Positions 62,520-64,000 of a DNA stretch of 64,000 nucleotides are shown piece by piece. Source of the stretch: Felis catus (Eukaryota); assembly GCF_018350175.1 (NCBI RefSeq), contig NC_058373.1, forward strand, positions 116,686,001-116,750,000. Reading direction: 5' to 3'. The position numbers and the translations under genes are program-made. Position 1 is the stretch's first letter, and each line of letters begins with the position of its first letter. Below the pieces are notes generated by a model. The model searched no databases and was not told where the DNA came from. It was given only the letters and a program-made list of their open reading frames with translations.

Positions 62520-64000
62520 CCATCTCAATAATGCAACAAAAGGAAAAACTATCATTTTGCAAAAAAAACTAAAGAGAATTATTAAACTCTTTATTAAGAA
62601 TTAAATAATTCAGTACGATTACTGGGTATGATATAAACAAAAAGTCAGTAGCTTTTTAGTATGTTAGCAGTATGGTATTAGAAAATGTGATGACATGACT
62701 GATCCTAGTCTAAGTAAGAAAATACTATACTATACCTGATAATAAATATAACAAATGAATATCTTTAGGTTAAAAGATCTTAAAATAAATCTGTAGATGT
62801 AGGAGCTAGATATGTTACTGAACGGGAAGACTCGATATTACACAGAATTTAAAGTTTTCCAAGTTAATTGATAAATTTAATGCAGTTTGAAAACAAATCA
62901 AAATGACAAAACCAAGAGAGTTCGCCATGAAACTTGACAAGAATGATACTAAATTAGCTGAAGAAGTGGAATTAATGGCATCAGCAGCATTTATTATAAT
63001 ACTATGATATTTCAATTGCTTTGGCATTGGCAGATAGAAAAGCAGACTACCCAAACAGATAGGGACACCACAAGAGGAAACCTCCACATGCCTGAGGACT
63101 TTTTTTTTTTTGGCATTGTATTAAAAATCAGTATGGAAAGACTGATTCTAATAATAGAATAGAATGGTAAAATTAAAAATATATTCCTATAAACAAATTT
63201 TGGATGAATTAAAGACATACCTTTTAAAGAGTGACCTTTCAGCTTTTAGAAGAAAATATAGGAAAACATCTGTATGGTGTTGGCGATTGGAAGCATTTTT
63301 TTTGAGCAAGATCCAAAAAGCCCAAAATATAAAGAAGAGCAATAAATGTGACTGTGTTAAATTTTTTCAATGTGTATATGAGAAGACATACCTTAAACAA
63401 AGGTAAAAGGCAAGCTATAGAATATGAAATACATTCAGATATACATATCTTATGGAAGATAAATATCCATACCATATAGAGAAATCCCACAAATCAATAA
63501 TAACGAAAAATGGGTAAAACATAAGTAAAGACCAATAAATGAATTAAAATTTTAACTAGTTATCAGGGAAATGCCAGCGAAAACAATAAGGTAGCATTGA
63601 TATCATCATACTGGTAATAATTTAAAGGCAAAGATGATAGAGAAAGTGATGTCCTGTATGTCGTGGCTGGATTGTAAAATTGTTCCAAGCACGTTAGAGA
63701 GCAGTCTGATGTATCTAATAATGTTGAGAACTGCTCCAACTCAAGGTTTTAGCAGTTCCCTTTCTAGAATCCTTTAGAGAGACTTTCATACATGTCTCCA
63801 AAGAAGATACGAAAGTAGTGGCCATTCGTTCATTGTTTGTGATAGCAAAACATTGGAGATAATCTAGATTGCACTCAATAAAACCTAGTATATACAAAGA
63901 ATAGAAAACATACAGAAGTTATTATAAAGGCTCTATATCTTTTTGTATCAACATGAATAAATCTTTAAAAACAATTTTTGTGTGAAAAAAAGTTGTAAAA
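62520..64000 (+). mobile_element. Old L1 (L1ME-like) ORF2 3' half, sense orientation
   Basis: gggaagactcgatatt, ttgataaatttaatgca, ttttagaagaaaatatagga, ttatcagggaaatgc, tgtaaaattgttccaagcac, attgtttgtgatagcaaaa. Confidence 0.8.

Noticed and set aside
1..64000. CRISPR array or prokaryotic operon/defence system
   Set aside because: Eukaryotic repeat-rich DNA; repeated units are dispersed SINEs with TSDs, not regularly spaced repeats, and there are no long ORFs

Overview
Mammalian genomic DNA, almost certainly from a felid: it carries about 36 carnivore tRNA-derived SINEs, several of the young SINEC_Fc type. There is no intact protein-coding ORF and no CpG island. SINEs, L1s and LTRs are biased to the minus strand and there are several + strand splice signals, so the window most likely lies inside long introns of a + strand gene that I cannot name. 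Main contents: (1) an old minus-strand ERV1-like provirus (~100-9146) with two LTRs, a tRNA-Lys primer-binding site, a leader splice donor and decayed gag, but no recognisable pol or env; (2) a near full-length Tigger1 transposon with a disrupted transposase (17759-20303); (3) solo LTRs, L1/L2/MIR and MER fragments, and microsatellites; (4) candidate short host-gene exons (27904-27962, 44874-44938, 45087-45110) and candidate recursive splice sites (9685/9686 and 49876/49877). Repeat family names come from recalled consensus sequences, not a database search, and many boundaries are approximate. I found no convincing novel multi-gene system; the best leads concern splicing architecture and the provirus.
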